This document shows positions 16,980 to 25,333 of a stretch of 41,440 nt of DNA, one piece after another (the stretch's first letter is position 1; each line of letters opens with the position of its first letter). Where the stretch lies: positions 1 through 41,440 of IMG/VR virus record IMGVR_UViG_3300037245_003487. One strand, 5' to 3'. The DNA is from a virus (taxonomy: Duplodnaviria; Heunggongvirae; Uroviricota; Caudoviricetes). The notes beneath the pieces are model-generated. The model was not told the origin of the DNA. It searched no databases and saw nothing but the letters and a program-made list of their open reading frames with translations. The position numbers were made by a program, and so were the translations under genes.

Positions 16980-17161
16980 ACGGAAATAATAACAAAGATT
17001 ATATAGGTGATGGAGTTTATGTGATCCATGAAGGATATGGTATTTGGCTGCATGCAAATCACCCAGAAAATCCAACCGATAGGATCTGGCTTGAAGGAGA
17101 TATGCTTGAGAAGTTAGTTAAGTTTGATAAGCGCATTAAATCTGAGATGGGGAATAAATGA
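16976..17161 (+). CDS. hypothetical phage protein
   Basis: DYIGDGVYV...GIWL.AN pattern; ATGA overlaps. Confidence 0.75.
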   Translation: MNGNNNKDYIGDGVYVIHEGYGIWLHANHPENPTDRIWLEGDMLEKLVKFDKRIKSEMGNK

Positions 17162-17382
17162 AATATGTAAACTTAACTATGCAAAGGATGGCGGAATCAA
17201 ACGAAAAACTAATCATTTTATACGAAGAGTTGATTAAAAAGCTTCAAGAAGAAGTGGATGACTCGCTGTATGTTGGAGAAGGTGGTGTGTTTGGATATTA
17301 TGGTAAATATATTGAAGCTGATTGTATAGGTGGTATAAAATACGAATACGAAGATAAGCTTAATAAATTAAAGGAAGAATAG
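17158..17382 (+). CDS. small coiled-coil protein, paralog family B
   Basis: MKYVNLTMQRM, NEKLIILYEELI, YEDKLNKLKEE. Confidence 0.75.
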   Translation: MKYVNLTMQRMAESNEKLIILYEELIKKLQEEVDDSLYVGEGGVFGYYGKYIEADCIGGIKYEYEDKLNKLKEE

Positions 17383-17733
17383 ATGGATAAGTTAGAGAGA
17401 AACTTGAAGTTTATAACAAAAGAACTAAATAAAACATATAGGGATCTATATATAGAGCAAGTAAACACGAATGAAAAATTATTTATTTTATGTGAAGAGT
17501 TGATTCATAAATATCATATTGCAGAAAAAACCTTATTTATGAGCTTATATAAAGAAGAAAAAGCAATAGAAAAAATGTGTATATTAGATGAAGAAATTCA
17601 ACAATACGAAAATGATCTAAGTAAATTAAAAGGAGGTGAAGTGAAAAAATGCTTTACCTGCAGATATGATGGTAATTCTGAGGGATTGATTTGTATAGAA
17701 TGTGTTGATAGTAGTAACTATAAGGAGGATTAG
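17383..17733 (+). CDS. paralog family B protein fused in frame to a small Cys-rich domain
   Basis: NEKLFILCEELI; internal SD AAAGGAGGTGA plus in-frame GTG at 17641. Confidence 0.7.
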   Translation: MDKLERNLKFITKELNKTYRDLYIEQVNTNEKLFILCEELIHKYHIAEKTLFMSLYKEEKAIEKMCILDEEIQQYENDLSKLKGGEVKKCFTCRYDGNSEGLICIECVDSSNYKED

Positions 17734-17910
17734 ATGAATGAAAAAATGATGATCGATTTTATTACAAATAAAGGCTTTGGAAAAGAATTTGCAACACAAG
17801 CTGCTTATCAAATAATGTCTACAGCAAGTATGCTTTCGTTATGCTGCGAAGGTAGTTTTGATGATATGGTTATTAGTATTTTAAAGATAATTGGGTATGA
17901 GGATGAATAA
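17734..17910 (+). CDS. hypothetical protein (58 aa), not in ORF track
   Basis: AAGGAGG SD; abuts both neighbours. Confidence 0.7.
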   Translation: MNEKMMIDFITNKGFGKEFATQAAYQIMSTASMLSLCCEGSFDDMVISILKIIGYEDE

Positions 17911-18282
17911 ATGCATATAGATAAATACTTTAAAGATGACGGTTATTATGATGGTGATACCTATTACGAGGATGCAGAGTCTTTTCTTGCAACTGCTATA
18001 TTAGATTTTTGTGGTTGTGGTATGCCTGATGCTGCATTGGAGCATGTAAGAGATGCTTTGCAATTAATTAAAGATCTTTATGATACCAATAAATATGATG
18101 AGTGGAGAGAAAAAGAATTAAAGTTATTTAATAGTGATGGACCTGCATATTTTATGTATTACTTTCTTGATAATAAGGAATTAACTGAACACGGTGGTCA
18201 AGTACCTGGGTGGTTAACATTGGAAGGCGAAGAATTACTTGATGATTTAAATGAACTTATTAAGAATTGCGAGGAGGAATAG
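17911..18282 (+). CDS. hypothetical phage protein
   Basis: FCGCG.P...LD.KELTEHG...GWLT.EG pattern. Confidence 0.8.
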   Translation: MHIDKYFKDDGYYDGDTYYEDAESFLATAILDFCGCGMPDAALEHVRDALQLIKDLYDTNKYDEWREKELKLFNSDGPAYFMYYFLDNKELTEHGGQVPGWLTLEGEELLDDLNELIKNCEEE

Positions 18283-18672
18283 ATGGTAATAACAGATAAA
18301 ATGAAAAAAGACATACAGGATTATTTAGAATATAAAATTAAAAATAACCAAAAATTTACAACCGATTTAAAAGATTTTTTTGAAAATAGAAATTACGAAG
18401 TCGAAGAAGAAGAAGAAAGCAAGCTTGATGAGCTTTATGAAGAAATTGAACACATGGAAGAAATGGACTTTATCAAAACAGGAGGAGTCCAAAATTTATC
18501 TGCTTTAATAAGGGAAACAATAAAAGAACTCCAACAAAAACCAAAAATTGATGCTGATTTGATTGAGTGGCTGGAATATCTAAAAAATGGAAATTATTAT
18601 CCAGAACATTTTAACTACACAGGATTTAATGATTTAGCAGAAAAACTATTAAAGCAATTAAAGGAGGATTAG
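18283..18672 (+). CDS. acidic hypothetical protein
   Basis: 129 aa, GAGGAGG SD. Confidence 0.75.
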   Translation: MVITDKMKKDIQDYLEYKIKNNQKFTTDLKDFFENRNYEVEEEEESKLDELYEEIEHMEEMDFIKTGGVQNLSALIRETIKELQQKPKIDADLIEWLEYLKNGNYYPEHFNYTGFNDLAEKLLKQLKED

Positions 18673-18951
18673 ATGTTAATGATGAAAAGTGACATATTAA
18701 CAATAACTGGTATCAAAAAAGAAGTTAAGTCTGCAAAAATGTTTTGCAATCTTAAGGTTGGTGATCGTATTAGATTATCAAGTCGTGTTTTATTTGTGGG
18801 AAGTTATAGTGGACACCCTAACGCTGCTTCAATTATTATTACTAACTTAAAAACTCATGAGACTACAGAGAAAACTTATAATGAGATATGGAAATGGTTA
18901 GATAGATTTGAGTTAATTAATGAGGATCATTATGAGGTCAAAGAGTATTAG
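18673..18951 (+). CDS. hypothetical phage protein, paralog of 11835..12089
   Basis: AKMFCNLKVGD...GS.SG...FEL. Confidence 0.8.
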   Translation: MLMMKSDILTITGIKKEVKSAKMFCNLKVGDRIRLSSRVLFVGSYSGHPNAASIIITNLKTHETTEKTYNEIWKWLDRFELINEDHYEVKEY

Positions 18952-18960
18952 GAGGAATAG

Positions 18961-19191
18961 ATGAAAGAAGTAACATCTTATAAAGCTAATGATGGTAAGA
19001 TATTTGAGGATTTAATTGAGTGTATGAGACATGAAGTGATTGAAAAAGCAAGATCTAGTATAGACGCATGGATTTCTCAGTATGAAACAATGTCTGGGAT
19101 ATTAATAAAGGAAGAGATGTATATAATGTTATTAAGGTTCTCTAAGGAATTTGAAGAGATTTTACATGTGTATAATAAGGAGATGAAGTAA
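18961..19191 (+). CDS. hypothetical phage protein
   Basis: Y.A.DGK.FED..EC..HE pattern. Confidence 0.75.
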   Translation: MKEVTSYKANDGKIFEDLIECMRHEVIEKARSSIDAWISQYETMSGILIKEEMYIMLLRFSKEFEEILHVYNKEMK

Positions 19192-19374
19192 GTGATAGGT
19201 GATTTAGAAATATTAAAAGTAATGTGTTTTGCTTTTATTTTAACTGCTATTACGATGTGTTTAACATTCGTGATGTATTTTTTACCAGCATTTGTGATGA
19301 TTATTTTTATACCCATGTGGATATTTGTTATTATTAAGGTATGTTGGTGGGTAGTTAAAAAAGGGATATTATAA
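19192..19374 (+). CDS. small membrane protein
   Basis: GTG start, two hydrophobic segments. Confidence 0.65.
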   Translation: MIGDLEILKVMCFAFILTAITMCLTFVMYFLPAFVMIIFIPMWIFVIIKVCWWVVKKGIL

Positions 19375-19382
19375 GGAGAATT

Positions 19383-19628
19383 ATGAGTGAATTAACAATG
19401 AGTGACATAGTAGTTACTATTAAAAAAAAGGTATTAGATATAGGAATGTTTAGAAAATTTGATATCTTTCAATTAGATGATGTTATTTATTTAGTTGATA
19501 ATTTATTTGATGGACATTTAGAATGCAAAGCTCGTATAGAAGATGGAATAATAATTAAGGCCACTTTGAATGTAGAAGATTTTATTGGTAAAAAATATAA
19601 GGACCTAGGTAATGTGTTTGGGAGTTAA
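19383..19628 (+). CDS. hypothetical protein
   Basis: 81 aa, AAGGAG SD. Confidence 0.7.
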   Translation: MSELTMSDIVVTIKKKVLDIGMFRKFDIFQLDDVIYLVDNLFDGHLECKARIEDGIIIKATLNVEDFIGKKYKDLGNVFGS

Positions 19629-19646
19629 TAAATGGAGAAATAGCGC

Positions 19647-19850
19647 ATGGTAATATCTTATTTAAAAGGACATGAAATATATTATAAAAACAACATGTGG
19701 ATGTTTAGTGATACCGATGAAAAAATATACAAAAGGGCGTGTATAAAATGTGGCGGAATCTCTGATTACGATGATTGTTTAGGTATAATAGACAATACTA
19801 TAAGTGCTTGTTGTGGCCACGGAGTAACAAAGGGTTTTATTAAAAAATAA
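19647..19850 (+). CDS. small Cys-rich phage protein
   Basis: CIKCG, DDCLG, SACCGHG. Confidence 0.75.
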   Translation: MVISYLKGHEIYYKNNMWMFSDTDEKIYKRACIKCGGISDYDDCLGIIDNTISACCGHGVTKGFIKK

Positions 19851-19863
19851 AAGGAGTTAAAAT

Positions 19864-20145
19864 ATGACCGTAGGACAAAATAATAATAACCAGATTAGAA
19901 ATTTGATAGATGAATGTGAGAAAAATATAAAAAATAGTAAAAATGTAATGGAATATTTAGAAAATGAGTTTATAAAAGTAAATACTGAAAATATGCAAGG
20001 ATATAAAATATTAACTGGAAATGATTTTGTGATAAAAGGGGATGAATTCCTAGCATTTGATGGTTCGTGGAATTATTGTAGTATTGGAGGACATAGAGTT
20101 TGGGATGAAAGACACATAATGAAAGCAGTAAGGAGAAAATTATGA
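19864..20145 (+). CDS. hypothetical protein
   Basis: 93 aa, AAAGGAG SD. Confidence 0.7.
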   Translation: MTVGQNNNNQIRNLIDECEKNIKNSKNVMEYLENEFIKVNTENMQGYKILTGNDFVIKGDEFLAFDGSWNYCSIGGHRVWDERHIMKAVRRKL

Positions 20146-20474
20146 ACTTTAATTGTAAAAAGTGTGGGAAATGTTGTACGGCAAAAGGTTTTCTCTATGT
20201 TAATTTAAATGATGTCGTCAACATAAGCGAGTTTTTAAAAATTAAAAAGGATGATTTTATCAACAATTATCTTCATAAAGATAATGATGATAAATACTAT
20301 CTTGGAGGGAGCGATAACTCATGTCATTTTTTTCAAAAAGGATGCACAATATATGATGTAAGACCTTATCAATGTAGGTCTTACCCATTTTGGTATTATA
20401 TTGTTAGATCTAAAGAAGAATGGAATAAAGAGTCTAGGTTCTGTAAAGGAATAAAAATCCCTAGCGACTTATAA
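20142..20474 (+). CDS. YkgJ-family (CxxCxxCC) metal-cluster protein
   Basis: FNCKKCGKCC, CHFF...CTIYDVRPYQCRSYPFW, CKGI. Confidence 0.85.
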   Translation: MNFNCKKCGKCCTAKGFLYVNLNDVVNISEFLKIKKDDFINNYLHKDNDDKYYLGGSDNSCHFFQKGCTIYDVRPYQCRSYPFWYYIVRSKEEWNKESRFCKGIKIPSDL

Positions 20475-20497
20475 TTTTTTTATAAAGGAGCAATTAA

Positions 20498-20581
20498 ATG
20501 GAAGATATAATAATAAAAATAGGGCTTGTAATAGTATCAGTACTATTAGGGTTTATGTTTGGTATGTATTGGAATAAGTAA
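20498..20581 (+). CDS. 27-aa single-TM peptide
   Basis: AAAGGAG SD; MEDIIIKIGLVIVSVLLGFMFGMYWNK. Confidence 0.55.
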   Translation: MEDIIIKIGLVIVSVLLGFMFGMYWNK

Positions 20582-20596
20582 AGTTAGGGGGTAAAA

Positions 20597-20776
20597 ATGA
20601 TAATTAATAAAGTATCAAAACTGACAATTGAACATTTAAATGGTGTTAAATATTTATATAATGAACAAAAGCAAGGATTTATTGTAACTATTGGAAAGTG
20701 TTTTCCTGATGAAAAATACAGTGATATTGTAGAGTCAATAGATCATGGATGTAAGATTTATTTTGATATGCAGTAA
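20597..20776 (+). CDS. hypothetical protein (59 aa)
   Basis: AGGGGG SD-like; fills gap. Confidence 0.55.
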   Translation: MIINKVSKLTIEHLNGVKYLYNEQKQGFIVTIGKCFPDEKYSDIVESIDHGCKIYFDMQ

Positions 20777-20792
20777 TTGGAGGAGTAGAAAC

Positions 20793-20879
20793 ATGATATA
20801 CTTAATAATATTTATTTTATTTATAGGGTTTTGTTTTGGGAATTTATTTCAAATTTTGATTAGGGATTACTGGAGTTAG
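20793..20879 (+). CDS. 28-aa single-TM peptide
   Basis: GGAGGAG SD. Confidence 0.5.
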   Translation: MIYLIIFILFIGFCFGNLFQILIRDYWS

Positions 20880-20893
20880 ATAAGGAGGATAAT

Positions 20894-21406
20894 ATGAATG
20901 GTTCGGAATTTTTATGTAAGTGTAAAAAACGTAAAACATGGATATTAGAAGGTGAAAAAACAGAAAAATGTGATAATTGTGAAAGAGTATATTTTGGAGT
21001 ATATAGTAAGAAAAAATTATCTATAATAGGAAAGGAGATTTTTATGTGGAAAATTAGATTGATAGCAAGCTGGTATGTGTTGTGGTTTGAAATAAAAAAT
21101 CTTTTTGCTAAAAAAGAAAATTGGGATAAAATTAAAGAATCGGTTGCTACCTTTTTAGGACCTGATGATGTTGATGATTTTGTAAAACTTTATAAAAAAC
21201 ATAAAGAAATTCCTTTAGCTATAGACGGGGGCGGATTTCCTTATTCGATACATCTTCATGAAGGTATGCAGATTAGGAATCATATGAGGGAATTACCTGA
21301 ATGTAAAAACTGGAATTGTCATGATTTTGATAATCAGTGGATTAAGGTTGTAACTGATATTGCTGCGGATATAGTTGCGGATATGGATGGAGGAAGAAAT
21401 GGGTGA
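20894..21406 (+). CDS. hypothetical protein, probable in-frame fusion of two small genes
   Basis: Zn-ribbon-like N-part; internal SD AAAGGAG and ATG at 21044; HLHEGMQIRN.MR C-domain. Confidence 0.7.
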   Translation: MNGSEFLCKCKKRKTWILEGEKTEKCDNCERVYFGVYSKKKLSIIGKEIFMWKIRLIASWYVLWFEIKNLFAKKENWDKIKESVATFLGPDDVDDFVKLYKKHKEIPLAIDGGGFPYSIHLHEGMQIRNHMRELPECKNWNCHDFDNQWIKVVTDIAADIVADMDGGRNG

Positions 21407-21477
21407 TTGTGAAAGTTGTAAAAAAGCAAGAAGAGTGTGGAGTATGAGTATTGGTCAGGTTAGGAGGAGTTAGATAA

Positions 21478-21615
21478 ATGGTTTTAAATTCTAAGGAAGT
21501 TGAATGGTATATTAATATGGTTATTAAATATAGGCTACCAGTATATTGGTTATTTAATTTTTTATATGATTATGAAAGTTTAAGTGAGTATAATGGATTT
21601 TTAGTTGAATGTTGA
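21478..21615 (+). CDS. hypothetical protein (45 aa)
   Basis: AGGAGGAG SD upstream. Confidence 0.45.
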   Translation: MVLNSKEVEWYINMVIKYRLPVYWLFNFLYDYESLSEYNGFLVEC

Positions 21616-21791
21616 TAAGTCTGATGTGTTGGATAATAGTTTAGTTTATAGCTATGAGATTGAGGATTTACTTCCTTGGTCCTGATGAAAAACTTAAAAT
21701 TATAAATTTTTTATAGCTATGGTCATGATGAAGAAGTGAAAACTGTAAAAATATGAGAATACACCGGACAAAGAAATACATAAACCGCCGT

Positions 21792-21812
21792 TACTAGTAG
21801 GGGGTATACCCC
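21792..21812. repeat. two adjacent palindromes TACTAGTA and GGGGTATACCCC at the gene-strand/composition switch
   Basis: Read directly: 21792-21799 and 21801-21812. Confidence 0.85.
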
Positions 21813-22250
21813 TTTCATTCTCTCACAGCTTCATACTACCACTTCACAGCTCGTTCTCACATACCACTGATACAATTCCACCATATAAAGGGTCGCTCTC
21901 TCCTGGGTTCATTCTACCACAATACAGAACATGTCAATATACCGCCACTTCTATTCATTATCATGATGGATCGTGTTGCATCAGTGCGTGACGTTGATCA
22001 TTGCTTCATTGGCTAGTCCAGGTTAGATCTATATATAGTTAGTTATCATGAGTAGTATATATAAATATATCTATTGGTTTATATGGTTAGCTGTATAGCG
22101 TAGTATTATATATATGACATATATACTATGCTATATAATGACATACCGGTATATACGTACATACATGCATGATACTATACGTATGACAGGTATCAATATA
22201 GTATACACCTTATAGTAATAGCTGAGGGTACGCATACAGAGTACTACTCA

Positions 22251-22331
22251 TAGGGTTATAGGTTATAATATAGGGTTATATAAGGGCTTGTTAAGGGTTA
22301 CGAAGACTTATGAAGGGTTATGAAAGGGTTT
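22251..22331 (+). repeat. phased AGGG[T/C]T repeats
   Basis: Starts at 22252, 22272, 22283, 22294, 22314, 22325. Confidence 0.8.
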
Positions 22332-22345
22332 ATATGACAGGGCAT

Positions 22346-22380
22346 AAAAAAGGGCAACAACTAATTAAAGTCATTACCCT
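22346..22380 (-). terminator. rho-independent terminator
   Basis: AGGGTAATGACT-TTAATT-AGTTGTTGCCCT then TTTTT; 12-bp stem including G-U pairs. Confidence 0.8.
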
Positions 22381-22404
22381 ATAGATCATATATGAATATT
22401 TAAA

Positions 22405-22743
22405 TTACTCCTTGTCAATTCTTTTAATCAGCTCCACTATAAGCTCCTTAACCTTATTCTTACTATCATTACAGCCGAAATCAATACCATCAACTAGATC
22501 AAGTAATGGATCTTGCTTTATAGTCTTATAATTTTCAACTGCTTTTAAGAATTCATCTAAAGTTACTTCTGATGCAGTAATACCAGCAGTTGATAAGCAC
22601 CTACGATTAAAATCAATATGAATATAATCCATATTTATTACATTACCTTTTGAAATAGGCCAAATCAAACCATTTTCAAAACATTTCTCTTGTATCGCTT
22701 TACTTACATTTTGATCACTAACTTTGATAAAAATATTATCCAT
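22405..22743 (-). CDS. hypothetical protein
   Basis: 112 aa, AAGGAG SD. Confidence 0.8.
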   Translation of the reverse strand: MDNIFIKVSDQNVSKAIQEKCFENGLIWPISKGNVINMDYIHIDFNRRCLSTAGITASEVTLDEFLKAVENYKTIKQDPLLDLVDGIDFGCNDSKNKVKELIVELIKRIDKE

Positions 22744-22769
22744 TTTAATTTACTCCTTGTATATTAAAT

Positions 22770-23126
22770 TTACCAATTAGTCCAGCTTGGTTCTAATACG
22801 CCTCTTAAACTCTTGCCTGAATAATACAAATGACCTGTCTTACTTGTACAATTATCATCATAACATAATGTAGTTATCATTCGATCCTTAACTTCTATCC
22901 AGTAAGTAACATTACCAGTATATTTAGTACCTTTAACTATAATACCGTTCTTTATGATCTTGTAATCATCATCATCAGTAATTACAGTTGATCTACCAAT
23001 ACAATTGATCTTACCTTGATTGACTCTAACATGAAGGATCTTGACTTTGCCTTCAATTCTAGTATCACAAGGATAAACACTTAGTAATATACTAAGTAAT
23101 AACATAGTAATAATTATTCTTTTCAT
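22770..23126 (-). CDS. secreted protein
   Basis: MKRIIITMLLLSILLSVYP signal-peptide-like. Confidence 0.75.
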   Translation of the reverse strand: MKRIIITMLLLSILLSVYPCDTRIEGKVKILHVRVNQGKINCIGRSTVITDDDDYKIIKNGIIVKGTKYTGNVTYWIEVKDRMITTLCYDDNCTSKTGHLYYSGKSLRGVLEPSWTNW

Positions 23127-23248
23127 TTAATACTCCTTGTATTTATAGTATTTATAATAATTATATGCAATAACTAACTATATAATTAAGTCTCCGGCCC
23201 ATGAGAACATAGCACTTTACGTTGGTAACAGTACATAGTTAAAATTGA

Positions 23249-23404
23249 TTACCTTGAATTTAGCTCGTTTTCTACTGCTTTTAATCGTTTTTTTATATTA
23301 TCTACAGTCCTTTTATTAAATAAAGATCTAAACTCATAATCTAAACATAAGCTGTCTTTCATTGTTTGTAACTCTCCAGAGCTTAATTGGCTTAATTTAT
23401 TCAT
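23249..23404 (-). CDS. hypothetical protein (51 aa)
   Basis: AAAGGAA SD-like; not in track. Confidence 0.55.
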   Translation of the reverse strand: MNKLSQLSSGELQTMKDSLCLDYEFRSLFNKRTVDNIKKRLKAVENELNSR

Positions 23405-23462
23405 ACTATTATTTTCCTTTAAACAGAGTCTCAGAGTACTTGCCTATTGCATTAGAGCTGTT

Positions 23463-23591
23463 TTAGTTAATTTTTACATCTAATACAACTATATTACCTT
23501 TAATAAGATCATTAAATTCGATCATATTCATTGTTTTTACTTCAATCTTTGTATCATCATCAACGCTATAGAACACTTCATATTTAATCAT
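23463..23591 (-). CDS. hypothetical protein (42 aa)
   Basis: AAGGACGG SD-like; not in track. Confidence 0.5.
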   Translation of the reverse strand: MIKYEVFYSVDDDTKIEVKTMNMIEFNDLIKGNIVVLDVKIN

Positions 23592-23603
23592 TTAATACCG
23601 TCC

Positions 23604-23747
23604 TTATTTATTTAATTTATATATTCTCATTATACCATATATTTTATTAGCTCTAATTACATCTAACTCACTTTGAGTAGTTACTGTAGTATAGCTAACG
23701 TCACCAGTTTTAAAGTTCTTAAGTTGTACGTTTGTTAAGTTATTCAT
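23604..23747 (-). CDS. hypothetical protein (47 aa)
   Basis: AAGGAG SD, downstream of promoter 23775. Confidence 0.55.
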   Translation of the reverse strand: MNNLTNVQLKNFKTGDVSYTTVTTQSELDVIRANKIYGIMRIYKLNK

Positions 23748-23774
23748 ATAATGCTCCTTAGTAAGTTATATCTA

Positions 23775-23834
23775 GTTATACAACTATTTATATTATAATG
23801 CAAGCTTTATTTAATTATTTACATTTGATTTACA
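23775..23834 (-). promoter_or_regulatory. sigma70-like promoter with upstream TGTAAA pair
   Basis: TGTAAA twice 11 bp apart, N14, TTGCAT-N17-TATAAC. Confidence 0.6.
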
Positions 23835-24085
23835 TTATAAATAGGTTATTTTCTCTTATAGCACATAGAATATAGTTCATAGCGATTATAAATTAATTAG
23901 ATTGCTTTTAATATTTTAGTAGGGAAGTACATGCGAATTTTGCTACTTCTCACTATCACTATCATTACTATTCACCACAATAATATATATTTATAATCCA
24001 TTACATATACTATTAACAACCATTTAAGCCTTACTACTTAAGTATTACTTAACTTACTTAACTACCACTTAACAACAACTATTGT

Positions 24086-24181
24086 TAAGTTAACACTAAG
24101 TTAACATACCTAAGATCTAACCATATCAACACTTCAACTACAACACAACACAACACGACACAAGTTAACAATAAGTTAACA
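24086..24181. repeat. iteron-like array: 4x AAGTTAACA flanking a (CAACA)n tract
   Basis: Copies at 24087, 24098, 24162, 24173; CAACA x3 plus CGACA at 24141-24160. Confidence 0.8.
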
Positions 24182-24283
24182 TATACGACTTAAATTATAC
24201 TTAAGTTAATTAAATTCAATCTAAATTTAATCATTATTAATCAATAATTAATCATTATTTTTTAGAGCCTTTATCATCAGTCA

Positions 24284-24382
24284 TTAAGTATAACTCCTGG
24301 AATTATTCCCAATGCATAATATAAAATAGGTATGTTTATTAAAATTTACATCTAGTATAGCTGATAATATTAACTCTTTCAT
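24284..24382 (-). CDS. hypothetical peptide (32 aa)
   Basis: AAGGAG SD. Confidence 0.4.
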   Translation of the reverse strand: MKELILSAILDVNFNKHTYFILCIGNNSRSYT

Positions 24383-24440
24383 TTTATTAACTCCTTATTA
24401 TTATATACTACTTGTAATAGGAATGATTCATACTGACAAG

Positions 24441-24480
24441 TATTTAATTATCAAATATAATCTAATTATTAATCATTCGG
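24441..24480 (-). repeat. 40-bp dispersed repeat, copy 1
   Basis: 31/40 identical to 25588-25627, 30/40 to 25104-25143. Confidence 0.75.
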
Positions 24481-24586
24481 ATTTAAGGCGATCATTCTTT
24501 ATATTTTCACATTCTAAACAAAATATAATCAATTTCCCAACACCATAACCAAGTAAGCTAATAACTAATATAAATAATATAATCAC
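24473..24586 (-). CDS. 37-aa membrane peptide
   Basis: AAAGAGGTG SD, GTG start; stop lies inside repeat copy 1. Confidence 0.5.
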   Translation of the reverse strand: MIILFILVISLLGYGVGKLIIFCLECENIKNDRLKSE

Positions 24587-24744
24587 TTTTTCACCTCTTT
24601 AATCTCTTGATAGATATCAAATAAAATTTTAATATCTCTCATTAAATCATTTTTATTTATATTATCAGATTTATATAATAATATTTGGCTCTGTATTATC
24701 TCAATTCTATTAAAAAATTCTTTGTTTAAATCTTCTATACTCAT
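24583..24744 (-). CDS. hypothetical protein (53 aa)
   Basis: ATGA/GTGA overlaps with both neighbours. Confidence 0.55.
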   Translation of the reverse strand: MSIEDLNKEFFNRIEIIQSQILLYKSDNINKNDLMRDIKILFDIYQEIKEVKK

Positions 24745-25103
24745 TTTATCCCCTTATATAAATATAATTTATCTGGTATAGTTTTAAATAAATTCCTTAA
24801 CTCAGTCTTACAAATACTTATACTATCATGTACATTATAATAATAATCTATCCAGGGATAAATATCATCGTTAATTTTAAATTCATCAATTAGAGTATAT
24901 TTCTTTGATTTTCTATCCGATAGTAATAAATCTTTATTTAATAGATCCTTACTATTCAAATAAAGATATACATCACTATAGAAATCAAATTCATTATCTT
25001 TAATTATTATATTCATCCCTTCCATATTTCTTTTAAGTTTAAACTTAATTATCATTTCTTTACCTCGTATAGTATATATTTTAATATCCATGTATATGGA
25101 CAA
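24741..25103 (-). CDS. paralog family C protein
   Basis: LLLSDRK...ISICKTELRNLFKTIPDKLYLY. Confidence 0.75.
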   Translation of the reverse strand: MSIYMDIKIYTIRGKEMIIKFKLKRNMEGMNIIIKDNEFDFYSDVYLYLNSKDLLNKDLLLSDRKSKKYTLIDEFKINDDIYPWIDYYYNVHDSISICKTELRNLFKTIPDKLYLYKGIK

Positions 25104-25143
25104 CTATTATATATCAAATAACACTTAATTATTAATTATTCGG
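25104..25143 (-). repeat. 40-bp dispersed repeat, copy 2
   Basis: Core TAATTATTAATTATTCGG (+ strand); contains TATAAT on - strand. Confidence 0.7.
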
Positions 25144-25146
25144 TTT

Positions 25147-25320
25147 TTAGCCAAATAACCAATTTATAAAAGAATCTATCATTTTTCTTGTGTCAATCTC
25201 TTTCCTTACCTTGCCTTTTACCTTATAACTTTTTAATTGATCAATATTTAATCTTTTTTCCTGCAAGCCTTCATTGAATAATGCTTCAATTCTTAATTGT
25301 TCCAGGTATGATCTTTTCAT
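25147..25320 (-). CDS. hypothetical protein (57 aa)
   Basis: AAGGAA SD-like; ends just before repeat copy 2. Confidence 0.55.
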   Translation of the reverse strand: MKRSYLEQLRIEALFNEGLQEKRLNIDQLKSYKVKGKVRKEIDTRKMIDSFINWLFG

Positions 25321-25333
25321 TATATTTCCTTAT

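Noticed and set aside
6980-18672. Many ORFs end in -LED, -KED, -KEE or -EEE, suggesting a C-terminal protein motif
   Set aside because: It is the next gene's AAGGAGG SD read in frame (translational coupling), not a protein signal
21682-21745. CTGATGA...GAAA resembling a hammerhead ribozyme core
   Set aside because: No consistent stems I-III could be built; the segment reads better as a decayed small ORF (MRLRIYFLGPDEKLKIINFL*)
22251-22331. AGGGTT matches a permutation of the TTAGGG telomere repeat
   Set aside because: Copies are spaced, not tandem, in a prokaryotic-virus context; kept only as phased repeats
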